Shown in pieces: positions 22,506 to 32,772 of a stretch of 64,000 bases of DNA (within the stretch, counting starts at the first letter, position 1; each line of letters opens with the position of its first letter). The notes beneath the pieces are model-generated. The model was not told where the DNA came from. It did no database searches and saw nothing but the letters and a program-made list of their open reading frames with translations. A program made the translations under genes and the position numbers. Source of the DNA: Dysgonamonadaceae bacterium (lineage in GTDB: Bacteria > Bacteroidota > Bacteroidia > Bacteroidales > Dysgonomonadaceae); the NCBI GenBank assembly GCA_036837375.1, contig DAITIG010000003.1:2255-66254 (forward strand), written 5' to 3'.

Positions 22506-22643
22506 TCAGAAGAGCTGAAAATGGAGGGTCTCACGCAATTCTCTCTCTCTTTGTTTCCTTTGCCTGTAATTGCGCGAAATATAGAAGGCAAAACCGGCGA
22601 AGGCGCCCAGCATCACAAGGTTTTTGATTGTATTGGTTTTCAT
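22506..22643 (-). CDS. Small (45 aa) single-TM protein
   Basis: MKTNTIKNLVMLGAFAGFAFYISRNYRQRKQ...: hydrophobic helix and basic tail, A-rich leader, AAC-N16-TTGTT motif upstream. Confidence 0.6.
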   Translation of the reverse strand: MKTNTIKNLVMLGAFAGFAFYISRNYRQRKQRERELRETLHFQLF

Positions 22644-22668
22644 CACTCTGGTTTCATATTTCTTTTTT

Positions 22669-22692
22669 AACAACAAAAGCATGGTTTGGGTT
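22669..22692 (-). promoter_or_regulatory. Putative alternative-sigma promoter AAC-N16-TTGTT
   Basis: Minus strand AAC-ccaaaccatgcttttg-TTGTT, 25 nt upstream of the small-ORF ATG. Confidence 0.45.
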
Positions 22693-22754
22693 CTATTCAT
22701 CAGATGAAATAACTGCAAAAAAGTTGCATAACAAGCAAAAAACTTTTCAACAGA

Positions 22755-24083
22755 TCAGCTTGTCAGGTTTTTTTCGGAGTCCAATCTGATCTGAAAGAGC
22801 TTCCTGGTCTTGTTGGTGACCCGAAAACGGTCATCGGGTCGTTCGCCCACAACCCATACCAGATCCTCACCCGAGAGCAACACCCATACCTCCTCTTTGT
22901 CGAGCAGGCTCATCTTGCGATCGGTGAAATAGTCGCTCAGCTTTTTCTTTCCCTTCATCCCAAAGGGAATGAACCAGTCGCCCCGCTGCCACCGGCGTAA
23001 AAGCAGTGGGAACCGCAGCAGATCCAGGTCGACAGTGAGAATGGATCGTTTCTTTTCAATTGTTGCCGGCATATCTAACAACCGGATCTGCATGCTCATG
23101 GGCTTTTTCAACGTTGTAGCAGACCGCTCAATGAGGTATGAGGGTTGCTCCTCTTCACCGGGAAGAGGAGCAATCAGCAAGGCATCCCGGTCTTTGATCA
23201 CCCGGTAGTTCTCTCCCAGAAACAACTTCCCGGGGGTGGCGTTGAGATGCTCCGCAATGTCACCAATGACCGATGGGTTGAAACCCAGCGGAGTGAGGAT
23301 CTCAAAGAGGAGAGAGGCTGGTGAAGGGCACCTCTTCAACGCTTCAATATCGATCCGCTTATCCTGCATAACGGCAGCCGATTGTTGGCTGATGGCATTG
23401 TCATATACCTTCGCTGCTTCGGCAAGATGTTGCGAGGTACGGTGGATGGCCTCTCTCACGGAGGGGTTCAGTTCCTCCAGCAACGGGATGAGGCGCAGCC
23501 TGATTGCATTGCGCAGGATCTGCTCATCGCTGTTGCTGCTGTCCAAAACAGCAGGCAGCCCTCGTTCATTCATATATTGCTCAATCTCAGAGCGCGAGGC
23601 ACAGAGCAGCGGTCGTACCACCTTCCCTCTCTTTGGGCTGATGCCGGTTAATCCCTTGATTCCGGTACCGCGTATCAGGTTGAGCAGGAGTGTTTCTACC
23701 GAATCATCCCGGTGGTGAGCCACGGCAATGGCTTCCGCATCTTGTTGCTGACGGATCACCTCAAACCAGTCATAACGCAACTCGCGGGCAGCCATTTCGA
23801 TGGAGAGCTTCCTGTCAGCAGCATATTGCCGCGTGTCAAAATCGACAGAAAGAAACGGTATATCGATGCTCTGGCACCATCTCTGCACAAAGTTGGCATC
23901 CCGTAGCGACTCCTCACCTCGCAGGTGAAAATTGCAATGTGCCGCCACACATTGATATCCCAGCAGGGTGAGCAGGTCGAGCAGCGCCATCGAATCGGTC
24001 CCACCGCTGACACCCACAATGACCCGGCAGCCCGGTGTGAGCAATTGTTCTTTTTCGATGTATCTGCATACGGTTTCCAGCAT
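22755..24083 (-). CDS. tilS: tRNA(Ile)-lysidine synthase
   Basis: SGGTDS PP-loop, EMAARELRY, AHHRDD and TilS C-terminal GKKKLSDYF; -7 element at 24107-24114. Confidence 0.96.
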   Translation of the reverse strand: MLETVCRYIEKEQLLTPGCRVIVGVSGGTDSMALLDLLTLLGYQCVAAHCNFHLRGEESLRDANFVQRWCQSIDIPFLSVDFDTRQYAADRKLSIEMAARELRYDWFEVIRQQQDAEAIAVAHHRDDSVETLLLNLIRGTGIKGLTGISPKRGKVVRPLLCASRSEIEQYMNERGLPAVLDSSNSDEQILRNAIRLRLIPLLEELNPSVREAIHRTSQHLAEAAKVYDNAISQQSAAVMQDKRIDIEALKRCPSPASLLFEILTPLGFNPSVIGDIAEHLNATPGKLFLGENYRVIKDRDALLIAPLPGEEEQPSYLIERSATTLKKPMSMQIRLLDMPATIEKKRSILTVDLDLLRFPLLLRRWQRGDWFIPFGMKGKKKLSDYFTDRKMSLLDKEEVWVLLSGEDLVWVVGERPDDRFRVTNKTRKLFQIRLDSEKNLTS

Positions 24084-24231
24084 GAAGTTTCCTCCTCTTT
24101 ACCCGGCAAATGTACAAATTTACTGCTTGCAATCAATCCCTTCACGGTAAATCTTTCCCGGAAAAGTGGGATAAATAGCGGGAAATAATGTAATTTTGTG
24201 CTGTTTTGAGATTGATAAGTGAAGATACAGT

Positions 24232-25251
24232 ATGCAAGAAAAGATAGAGGCACTGCTCACCGAGATTGAGCAACTGACAGCCTCCACCGCCGAGGAGGTG
24301 GAGGCGCTCCGCATCAGATACCTGAGCAAAAAAGGAATCATCTCTTCCATGATGAATGAGTTCCGCGATGTCCCGGCTGACCAGAAGAGAGAGGTAGGCA
24401 TGAAAATGAACGCCTTGAAACAGGCAGCCACCGAACGGATAGAACAGTTGAAAAATCGGTTCGCGCAGAAAGGCAGCGCCACAGGGGCTGTCGATCTGTC
24501 ACGGACAGCCTACCCGGTAGCACTGGGTACCCGCCACCCCCTCTCGATTGTGCGGGAGGAGATCTGTGACATCTTCAAACGACTGGGGTTCACCATTGCC
24601 GAGGGGCCCGAGGTGGAGGATGACTGGCATGTCTTCTCCTCGCTCAACTTCGCCGACGATCATCCGGCGCGTGACATGCAGGACACCTTCTTCATCCAGC
24701 ATGACCCGCAGGTGGTGTTGCGCACGCACACTTCGTCGGTACAGACAAGGGTGATGGAGCAGACAGATCCTCCCATCCGGATCATCTGCCCGGGAAGGGT
24801 CTACCGCAATGAGGCGATCTCCTATCGTGCCCACTGTTTCTTTCACCAGGTGGAGGCGCTCTACATCGACAAGGATGTATCGTTTGCCGATCTGAAGCAG
24901 GCGCTGCTCTTTTTTGCCAGGGAGATGTTCGGTGCCGGAACAAAGATCCGGCTCCGCCCCTCCTACTTCCCCTTCACCGAGCCGAGTGCCGAGATGGATA
25001 TCTCCTGTAACATCTGCGGGGGCGAGGGTTGTCCTTTCTGCAAGCATACCGGATGGGTGGAGATACTGGGTTGCGGCATGGTTGATCCCAACGTGTTGGA
25101 GAACTGTGGCATCAACAGCAAAGAATATACCGGATATGCACTGGGGATGGGTATTGAGCGGATCACCAACCTGAAATACCAGGTAAAAGATCTGCGGATG
25201 TTCTCGGAGAACGATCTTCGTTTTCTGGAGCAGTTTCGGGCGGCACACTGA
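24232..25251 (+). CDS. pheS: Phenylalanine--tRNA ligase alpha subunit
   Basis: HPARDMQDTF, LRTHTS, YFPFTEPS and GMGIER; -7 element TAATTTTG at 24191-24198. Confidence 0.97.
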   Translation: MQEKIEALLTEIEQLTASTAEEVEALRIRYLSKKGIISSMMNEFRDVPADQKREVGMKMNALKQAATERIEQLKNRFAQKGSATGAVDLSRTAYPVALGTRHPLSIVREEICDIFKRLGFTIAEGPEVEDDWHVFSSLNFADDHPARDMQDTFFIQHDPQVVLRTHTSSVQTRVMEQTDPPIRIICPGRVYRNEAISYRAHCFFHQVEALYIDKDVSFADLKQALLFFAREMFGAGTKIRLRPSYFPFTEPSAEMDISCNICGGEGCPFCKHTGWVEILGCGMVDPNVLENCGINSKEYTGYALGMGIERITNLKYQVKDLRMFSENDLRFLEQFRAAH

Positions 25252-25280
25252 ATTGAATGAGAAACCAACGATCACACCAT

Positions 25281-26360
25281 ATGAGACGTGCAAGCTTTTT
25301 TATTTCACTTATGATGCTGGTGACAGGCAGTAGCCTGTATGCACAGAAGACAATCCGTGTAAATGCCGTAAGGGCAAACGACTACGGTGTGGTTTACACG
25401 CTCCCTAAGAGCTCATTTGAAATCACCCTGCTGGTCAAGAAGAGCCACTACCGGCGCGGAGATTTCTACACCTATGCCAAGGCCTACCTCGGCATCAATG
25501 ATCCGATCACGGAAGACCATACCCTCTACACGCTGGAAGATCTGACCGTAGTGAACAAGGGTGTCGCCGACAAGGATCAATCCTATATGATCGAATTCAA
25601 GGACAAGACATTGGAGCCTTACCTCACTCTACGCGAGGATGGGGTGATCCTCGCCGTCAACAGCGAGGGAGAGATAAGTGATGGGAACGATGTTGACCTT
25701 CCCGCAAGTGAAACAGCCGATCTGAACCCCCGTCGTTACTTCACCCAGGAGACGTTGATGGCGGGCTCCACAGCTAAGCAGGCGGAGCTGGTGGCCCGTC
25801 AGATCTTCGACCTGCGCCGCAGCCGCAACGATATTCTCACCGGGGAAGCGGAGAGCATGCCCCCTGATGGCACCGCCTACAAGGTGGTGATGGATCAGAT
25901 CGACCTGCAGGAGAAGGCGCTGACCGGACTCTTCACCGGTACCACCGATGTTGAATACCTGAAAGTGAGTTACAGGGTGATACCCGATTCGGCCAACATT
26001 GACCGGCATGTGGTTGCACGCTTCTCGAAACTGCTGGGACCGGTGGATGCCGACAACCTGGCGGGAGAACCAATCTACTTCTCGCTGCGGAACAAAACAC
26101 CCAGGGTGGCGATGAACCTTTCGGAGAGAGAGCAGAAGAAGCTGGAGGAGAAGCTGAGCAGAGGACTGGTTTACAACATCCCCGGGAAGGCAGATCTCAC
26201 AATCGAATTCCGGCACGAGACTCTCCTGGAGAAAGAGGTGGATGTGGTACAATACGGATCGAAAGAGGTATTGGCTAAACGAATGTTCGAAAATATGAAG
26301 CAGCCCATCAAAGTTATTTTCTACCCTGAGCTGGGTGCCATCAAACAGATTATACAGTAA
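25281..26360 (+). CDS. Secreted DUF4831-like protein
   Basis: Signal peptide; GVVYTLPK, STAKQAEL and GLVYNIPG resemble Bacteroidales DUF4831. Confidence 0.65.
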   Translation: MRRASFFISLMMLVTGSSLYAQKTIRVNAVRANDYGVVYTLPKSSFEITLLVKKSHYRRGDFYTYAKAYLGINDPITEDHTLYTLEDLTVVNKGVADKDQSYMIEFKDKTLEPYLTLREDGVILAVNSEGEISDGNDVDLPASETADLNPRRYFTQETLMAGSTAKQAELVARQIFDLRRSRNDILTGEAESMPPDGTAYKVVMDQIDLQEKALTGLFTGTTDVEYLKVSYRVIPDSANIDRHVVARFSKLLGPVDADNLAGEPIYFSLRNKTPRVAMNLSEREQKKLEEKLSRGLVYNIPGKADLTIEFRHETLLEKEVDVVQYGSKEVLAKRMFENMKQPIKVIFYPELGAIKQIIQ

Positions 26361-26368
26361 CTACAATC

Positions 26369-27229
26369 ATGCAGATCAAACAATGCAACCTCTTTCTCCT
26401 GCTGTCAGTCACACTCATGATGGTGAGCTCCTGCCAGGAGCGTTCCGGCAAAGGCCGGAACGCAGTTCTGTTCGATTCGGTGGTGGTGAATGAGCAGATC
26501 CCGCTCCTGTCGTTGAACGACACCACCCTGCCCTACGCCGAGCTGAGCCTCTCCTTCACCTATCCCGTGAGATTCAGGGATGAATCCTCGCTTGCACGCC
26601 TGCAGCAGATCTTCACCGGCACGTTCTTCGGCGATATCCGTTATGACACCCTCTCACCAGTGGAAGCTGTTTCTCTCTACACCGATCACTACCGTGAGCG
26701 GTACCGCTCTCTCACAGGCAGCTTCTACGCGGATCAGGCGATGCTGAACGGAGAGATACCGGCATGGTACTGGTATACGCTGGATATTGGCAACAAGCTG
26801 ATCTTCGTGAGCGACTCACTGTTGGGCTACAGCGTCTCATACAGCGATTACGAGGGGGGAGCGCATGGATCGCACAGGATCACCCATACCAATATCGACC
26901 TGAACAGCCTCACGACCCTCACCGAAGAGGATCTGTTCCTGCCGGGATATTACCGTCCGCTCTCGGAGATCATCGTGGCTCAGCTGATGGCAGATCATGC
27001 CGTTACGGAGCCCGATTCGTTGCTGACAAAAGGGTTCTTCACCATTGAGGATATCGTCCCCAACAACAACTTCTGGTTGAACGACACCGCCATACACTAC
27101 ACCTATAACCAGTATGAGATCGCACCCTATGCCATGGGTGTCATCGATGTGACCATTCCATACCCCAAGCTCAGGGAATTGCTGTTACCGGGGAGTGTCA
27201 TCAGCCGCTACTTCACAAAAGAGCCATAA
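26369..27229 (+). CDS. DUF4163/DUF3298 (RsiV/PdaC-like) lipoprotein
   Basis: Lipobox VSS-C; YEGGAHG, PNNNFWL and YNQYEIAPYAMG. Confidence 0.8.
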   Translation: MQIKQCNLFLLLSVTLMMVSSCQERSGKGRNAVLFDSVVVNEQIPLLSLNDTTLPYAELSLSFTYPVRFRDESSLARLQQIFTGTFFGDIRYDTLSPVEAVSLYTDHYRERYRSLTGSFYADQAMLNGEIPAWYWYTLDIGNKLIFVSDSLLGYSVSYSDYEGGAHGSHRITHTNIDLNSLTTLTEEDLFLPGYYRPLSEIIVAQLMADHAVTEPDSLLTKGFFTIEDIVPNNNFWLNDTAIHYTYNQYEIAPYAMGVIDVTIPYPKLRELLLPGSVISRYFTKEP

Positions 27230-27342
27230 AGCGGTTCTGCTGATCTCTCCGCTCTTAAAAAGATCAGCCAGAAACCAACTGTTCTGGTTGCGTTTCCTCA
27301 TGGGAGATCGGTTAAATTGATGAAAAAGGGCTGCCTTTTTAC

Positions 27343-27366
27343 AACAAAAGCGGACTTACGGTTGTT
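27343..27366 (+). promoter_or_regulatory. Putative alternative-sigma promoter AAC-N16-TTGTT upstream of sufB
   Basis: AAC-aaaagcggacttacgg-TTGTT; no TAnnTTTG seen in this spacer. Confidence 0.45.
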
Positions 27367-27442
27367 ACCAGATATCGGCTGGAAGTTTTCCGCCCTCTTT
27401 ATTCATGCTGGTCGCAACGACCTCAAACATTTCACGATCATT

Positions 27443-28894
27443 ATGCAAGAACTGGATCAGGATCAGATATTAAACGATTTAACGACACAAGAATATAAAT
27501 TTGGTTTCACTACCGATGTGGTGACCGAAGTGATTGACAAGGGACTCAACGAAGAGGTCATCCGGCTGATTTCCTCAAAGAAAGCGGAACCGGAGTGGCT
27601 GCTTGAGTTCCGGCTGAAAGCATATCGCCACTGGCTCACCATGAAGCAGCCGGAGTGGGCACACCTGAAAATTCCCCCCATCGATTTTCAGAATATCATC
27701 TATTATGCCGATCCCACCAAGCGTAAAACGGCCAAGAGCCTCGACGAAGTGGATCCGGAGTTACTCAAAACTTTTGAACGACTGGGCATACCGTTGGAAG
27801 AGCAGAAACAGCTCACCGGTGTGGCAGTGGATGCGGTGATGGACAGTGTATCCGTTAAAACCACCTTCAAGGAGGTGCTAGCAGAAAAAGGAATCATCTT
27901 CAGTTCATTCAGCGAGGCGGTAAAGCATCACCCCGATCTGGTGAAGAAATATTTGGGTACGGTGGTCCCCTACAAGGATAACTACTATGCGGCGCTCAAC
28001 TCGGCGGTCTTCAGCGATGGCTCCTTTGTTTACATTCCCAAAGGAGTGCGATGCCCGATGGAGCTCTCTACCTACTTCCGTATCAACACGGCCAACACGG
28101 GCCAGTTTGAACGCACCCTGATTGTGGCCGACGATGAAGCCTATGTAAGCTACCTGGAGGGGTGTACCGCACCAATGCGCGATGAGAACCAGCTGCATGC
28201 TGCCATTGTGGAGATCATCGCTCTGGAGAATGCGGAGGTGAAATATTCTACTGTGCAGAACTGGTATCCCGGCGACAAGCATGGCAAGGGAGGGGTTTAC
28301 AACTTCGTCACCAAACGGGGACTCTGTAAGGGCAATCACTCCAAGATCTCCTGGACGCAAGTGGAGACCGGCTCAGCCATCACCTGGAAGTACCCCTCCT
28401 GTATCCTTGCTGGCGACTACTCGGTGGGTGAGTTCTATTCGGTGGCGGTGACCAACAACTTCCAACAGGCCGATACCGGTACCAAGATGATCCACCTGGG
28501 AAAGAACACCCGCAGCCGCATTGTCTCAAAGGGGATCTCGGCAGGTAGCAGCCAGAACAGCTACCGCGGACTGGTGAAAGTGAGCAAGAAAGCGGATAAT
28601 GCCCGCAACCATTCACAGTGCGACAGCCTGCTGCTTACCGACCACTGTGGAGCCCATACCTTCCCTTATACCGATATCCAGAACCCGACTGCCATCCTGG
28701 AACATGAAGCAACCACCTCCAAGATCAGTGAAGATCAGATCTTCTACTGTAACCAACGGGGGTTGGGTGAAGAGGAGGCAATTGGATTGATTGTGAACGG
28801 TTATGTGAAAGAAGTGGTGAACAAGCTCCCCATGGAGTTTGCAGTCGAGGCGCAGAAGCTCCTGCAGATCTCCCTTGAGGGAAGTGTGGGATGA
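27443..28894 (+). CDS. sufB: Fe-S cluster assembly protein SufB
   Basis: [30 protein letters not shown] and EGSVG C-terminus; start trimmed to MQELDQ. Confidence 0.97.
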   Translation: MQELDQDQILNDLTTQEYKFGFTTDVVTEVIDKGLNEEVIRLISSKKAEPEWLLEFRLKAYRHWLTMKQPEWAHLKIPPIDFQNIIYYADPTKRKTAKSLDEVDPELLKTFERLGIPLEEQKQLTGVAVDAVMDSVSVKTTFKEVLAEKGIIFSSFSEAVKHHPDLVKKYLGTVVPYKDNYYAALNSAVFSDGSFVYIPKGVRCPMELSTYFRINTANTGQFERTLIVADDEAYVSYLEGCTAPMRDENQLHAAIVEIIALENAEVKYSTVQNWYPGDKHGKGGVYNFVTKRGLCKGNHSKISWTQVETGSAITWKYPSCILAGDYSVGEFYSVAVTNNFQQADTGTKMIHLGKNTRSRIVSKGISAGSSQNSYRGLVKVSKKADNARNHSQCDSLLLTDHCGAHTFPYTDIQNPTAILEHEATTSKISEDQIFYCNQRGLGEEEAIGLIVNGYVKEVVNKLPMEFAVEAQKLLQISLEGSVG

Positions 28895-28928
28895 CCAAAA
28901 GATCTTCTTGCATCAACCAGAATGGTGA

Positions 28929-29591
28929 TCACCACGCGATGGGTTGCTTTCCGTGAGCCAGCAGATAGGCATTGGCCTTGCTAAAATGGTGGTTTCCAAA
29001 GAATCCACGGTGGGCAGAGAGCGGCGAAGGGTGTGGTGATTTAAGGAGAAGATGCCTATTCGCATCTATCCCTTCCCCTTTTCGTTGTGCATAAGCACCC
29101 CAAAGCATGAAGACCAGGTGCTCCCGTTCAGCTGCCAGCCGGCGGATGACCGTATCGGTAAACCGTTCCCATCCTTTCCCCTGGTGTGATCCTGCCCGGT
29201 TGGCCTGCACCGTGAGGATTGCATTGAGCAGGAGCACCCCCTCTCCTGCCCACTTTTCCAGGTTACCCGAAGCGGGAACCGGTTTGCCCAGGTCGGACTG
29301 TAGCTCCTTGAATATATTCTGCAGGGAGGGAGGAAAGGGGACTCCATCAGAGACCGAGAAGCAGAGACCATGCGCCTGTCCCGGCTGGTGATAGGGATCC
29401 TGCCCCACGATCACCACTTTCACCTGGTGAAAGGGGCAGCTGTCAAAAGCGCTGAAGATCAATTTTGCCGGGGGATAGATGGTTGAGGTACGATAAGCCT
29501 GACGTACAAAGCGGGTCAGCTGCTCGAAATAGGGCTGCTCAAACTCATCCTGCAACACCCTCTTCCAGCTCTCTTCTATTTTCACATCCAT
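28929..29591 (-). CDS. ung: Uracil-DNA glycosylase
   Basis: GQDPYH, LLLN and HPSPLS motifs. Confidence 0.97.
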   Translation of the reverse strand: MDVKIEESWKRVLQDEFEQPYFEQLTRFVRQAYRTSTIYPPAKLIFSAFDSCPFHQVKVVIVGQDPYHQPGQAHGLCFSVSDGVPFPPSLQNIFKELQSDLGKPVPASGNLEKWAGEGVLLLNAILTVQANRAGSHQGKGWERFTDTVIRRLAAEREHLVFMLWGAYAQRKGEGIDANRHLLLKSPHPSPLSAHRGFFGNHHFSKANAYLLAHGKQPIAW

Positions 29592-29646
29592 ATGATCATG
29601 CGATTAACTCACTGCGAAAATAGACAAACCTTCTCAATATACAAAG

Positions 29647-29674
29647 AAAAATCCCTCCCAAACAGGGAGAGATT
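29647..29674 (-). terminator. Possible terminator after asnA
   Basis: aatc-c-ctccc / gggag-a-gatt stem with T-tract on the minus strand. Confidence 0.5.
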
Positions 29675-29701
29675 CTCAAATCCTTTTTTACGGGTGCATC
29701 G

Positions 29702-30739
29702 TCAGATGAGGAATACCCCCTGTTCTTTAGCCTGCTCGCGCATTTCACAGGGCCAGAGGCTTGCCTGGATCTCACCGATATGCGCCTTGCGGAGATAATA
29801 CATGCAAAGGCGCGACTGACCGATGCCTCCCCCGATGGATAGTGGCAACTCATTGTTCATCAGTCGTTGGTGAAAGTAGAGTGAAAGACGTTCCTCCTTG
29901 CCGCGTACCTTGAGCTGGTAGGCCAGTGCAGTAGCATCAACCCGGATCCCCATGGAAGATAGCTCAACCGATTTCATCAGTACCGGGTTCCATACCAACA
30001 GATCGCCATTCAGTCCGGGGTAACCATCCTCACCAATCGTGCTCCAGTCATCATAATCGGGAGCCCGGCCGTCGTGCGGTTCACCGTTGCTCAGGGGGGC
30101 ACCGATGCCGATGATAAAGACCGCCCCGAACGCTTTAGTGATGGCATCTTCCCGCTGCTTGGCATCGAGAGTGGGATAGCGTTGCAGCAGCTCTTCAGCA
30201 TGAATAAAGGTAATCTCCGGCGGCAACTGGGGGGTGATGGCGGGAAAGAGTTCATAGACCAGGTATTCGGTTCGCAACATGGCAGCATAGATCCTCCTGA
30301 CTACATTCTTGAGGAAAGCCACCGTACGATCCTGCTCACCGATCACCAGTTCCCAATCCCATTGGTCCACATAGAGTGAATGCAGGTTATCCAGTTCTTC
30401 ATCAGCCCTGATGGCATTCATATCGGTGTAGATGCCAAACCCTTCTTCAATCTCATATTCTGCCAGTGTCAACCGCTTCCATTTGGCCAGCGAATGTACG
30501 ATCTCCGCATGCTTGTCGTTCATATCCCTGATGGGAAAACGTACCGGTCGTTCCACACCGTTCAGGTCATCATTGATTCCGGTACCGCTCTCCACGAACA
30601 GTGGGGCTGTGACTCTCCGCAGCCGTAGCTCTGATGAGAGATTGATCTGAAAAAAATCCTTGATGCTCTTGATTCCCATCTCGGTCTGCTTGAGATTCAA
30701 CAACGGTGTATAGCCATCGGGAATTTGCAATTTTGACAT
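29702..30739 (-). CDS. asnA: Aspartate--ammonia ligase
   Basis: HSLAKWKR, YVDQWDWE, RAPDYDDW and GGGIGQSR; -7 element at 30773-30780. Confidence 0.97.
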   Translation of the reverse strand: MSKLQIPDGYTPLLNLKQTEMGIKSIKDFFQINLSSELRLRRVTAPLFVESGTGINDDLNGVERPVRFPIRDMNDKHAEIVHSLAKWKRLTLAEYEIEEGFGIYTDMNAIRADEELDNLHSLYVDQWDWELVIGEQDRTVAFLKNVVRRIYAAMLRTEYLVYELFPAITPQLPPEITFIHAEELLQRYPTLDAKQREDAITKAFGAVFIIGIGAPLSNGEPHDGRAPDYDDWSTIGEDGYPGLNGDLLVWNPVLMKSVELSSMGIRVDATALAYQLKVRGKEERLSLYFHQRLMNNELPLSIGGGIGQSRLCMYYLRKAHIGEIQASLWPCEMREQAKEQGVFLI

Positions 30740-30836
30740 GTGATCTATCTATTATGAATCAATTTGGAATGACAAAGATAGCACTAATATTCATTTTGTC
30801 AAAAATATTCCCGTAAAAAACTACATTTTGACATTC

Positions 30837-31751
30837 TCAGGATATTTCCAGGGCTCCAATCAGTTCGGTCACCGAATCGATCTGATGGCGCAACAGGTAC
30901 TCTTCGATTCCTTCCACAATCTTGACCGAAGCGGAGGGGTCGATAAAGTTACAGGTCCCCACCTGCAGAGCGGTGGCACCAGCCAGGATGAACTCAATGG
31001 CATCCTGCCAGTTGCAGATACCTCCCATGCCGATCACCGGTATGGATACCGCGTGATAAACCTGCCAAACCATCCGCAGTGCGATGGGTTTGATGCAGGG
31101 TCCGGAGAGCCCCCCGGTCACCGTTGAGAGTTTCGGTCGTCTGCTCTCAGCATCAATGGCCATTCCCAGAAAAGTGTTTACAAGTGATACCGAGTCGGCA
31201 CCCTCCGCCTCCACCGCGCGGGCGATCTCTGTGATGTCGGTCACGTTGGGTGTAAGTTTTACGATCAGGGTACCGGGAAATACATCCCTTACCGCCCTAG
31301 TGACCTGAGCTGCCGACGAGCAGGAGGTACCGAAAGCCATCCCACCTTCTTTCACGTTGGGGCAGGAGATGTTAAGTTCAATGGCAGGGATCTTCTCCAG
31401 TCCCACCAGTTTCTCGCTGCATGCTACATAATCTTCAACGGTAGAGCCTGATACGTTGACGATCATGTGGGTGTTGTAATCCTTGATGACCGGGTAGATC
31501 TGCTCCACGAAATAATCCACCCCCTTATTCTGGAGACCAACGGCGTTGAGCATGCCAGAGGGTGTCTCTGCCATCCTGGGGTAGTCGTTGCCTTGTCGCG
31601 GCTCCAGGGTGGTTCCTTTCACAAAAATGCCACCGATCCGCCCCAGATCCATGAAATCGGTATATTCCGTACCGTATCCGAAAGTACCGGAAGCGGTCAT
31701 CACCGGGTTGCGCAACTTCATGCTGCCAATGGTTATTTCTAATCGAGCCAT
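30837..31751 (-). CDS. pyrD: Dihydroorotate dehydrogenase family 1B catalytic subunit
   Basis: ASGTFG, NAVGLQN, NISCPN, KLTPN and GGLSG. Confidence 0.96.
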   Translation of the reverse strand: MARLEITIGSMKLRNPVMTASGTFGYGTEYTDFMDLGRIGGIFVKGTTLEPRQGNDYPRMAETPSGMLNAVGLQNKGVDYFVEQIYPVIKDYNTHMIVNVSGSTVEDYVACSEKLVGLEKIPAIELNISCPNVKEGGMAFGTSCSSAAQVTRAVRDVFPGTLIVKLTPNVTDITEIARAVEAEGADSVSLVNTFLGMAIDAESRRPKLSTVTGGLSGPCIKPIALRMVWQVYHAVSIPVIGMGGICNWQDAIEFILAGATALQVGTCNFIDPSASVKIVEGIEEYLLRHQIDSVTELIGALEIS

Positions 31752-32512
31752 GTCAATTCATTTATGTCCAATACCGGTCCCTCGGTGCAGGCACAGATGT
31801 GACCCCGTTTTGTCTTTTCCACGCAGCATAGGCAGGCGCCAAAGCCGCAAGCCATCAGGTTCTCGAGTGATACCTCACAGCCGATCGCTCTCTCACTGGC
31901 GTAGCGTGCCACCGCTTCCATCATTGGTTTGGGACCACAGGTGAAGATGAAGTCATATTTTTTATCCTGCAACAGTGGGTGATGGGTCACATATCCTTTC
32001 TCACCGAGTGAACCATCTTCGGTTGTGAAATAAAGTGTGCCATACTTTTTAAAATCGGATCGCTGCAGGATGTTTTTTTCGGATGCTCCTCCCAGCAGGA
32101 AATCAGCGGTATATCCACTCTCATGGAGCTTCTTTGCCAGGAAAAGGAGCGGAGCCGTACCTACGCCGCCACCCACCAAGAGATAATTTCCTGGTAGTGA
32201 TGGGATCGTGAAACTGTTCCCCAGCGGTAGGAGCAGGTTAAGCCTCTCTCCGCTTCTCAATTTGCAGATCTTGCGGGTCCCTTCACCCACAGCCTCTACC
32301 AACAGCCATATTTCGTTTTTTTCAGGAACAATGAAGTTGATCGAAATGGGTCTTCTCAGGAATGTATGGGGTGCATTCTCCACCAGAATCTGCACAAACT
32401 GTCCCGGAAACATCTCCGGCAGTTGCTCATTGCCCCATGGGGCAACCTTTAACAGATGGGTCTGATCATTCAGTTGTTCATTTGAACGAACGGTGAAATC
32501 GAGTTGCTTCAT
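31739..32512 (-). CDS. pyrK: Dihydroorotate dehydrogenase electron transfer subunit
   Basis: LRRPIS, GGGVG, CGPKPM and CGFGACLCC...C 2Fe-2S motif; -7 element at 32536-32543. Confidence 0.95.
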   Translation of the reverse strand: MKQLDFTVRSNEQLNDQTHLLKVAPWGNEQLPEMFPGQFVQILVENAPHTFLRRPISINFIVPEKNEIWLLVEAVGEGTRKICKLRSGERLNLLLPLGNSFTIPSLPGNYLLVGGGVGTAPLLFLAKKLHESGYTADFLLGGASEKNILQRSDFKKYGTLYFTTEDGSLGEKGYVTHHPLLQDKKYDFIFTCGPKPMMEAVARYASERAIGCEVSLENLMACGFGACLCCVEKTKRGHICACTEGPVLDINELTWLD

Positions 32513-32772
32513 CGGAAACCTTGCTTTGTTTACTACAAAAGTACATCATAAATTTCAGATATGAAACGAGCATGAACATGTTTTCACACAAGCAATATGG
32601 AAAACATTGCATTACGATTTGTCCACAACAGTGGAACAGGGTTAAAGATGGATGAACGTCTTTATTGATTGGAGCAAGACAAACCGGAACGAACCGGGTG
32701 GTTTTCATCAATACGGGTATAAAGCTGTATCCAAAAAAGTTGTGCTTCCTATTGTTGAAAAATTATCAGAAT

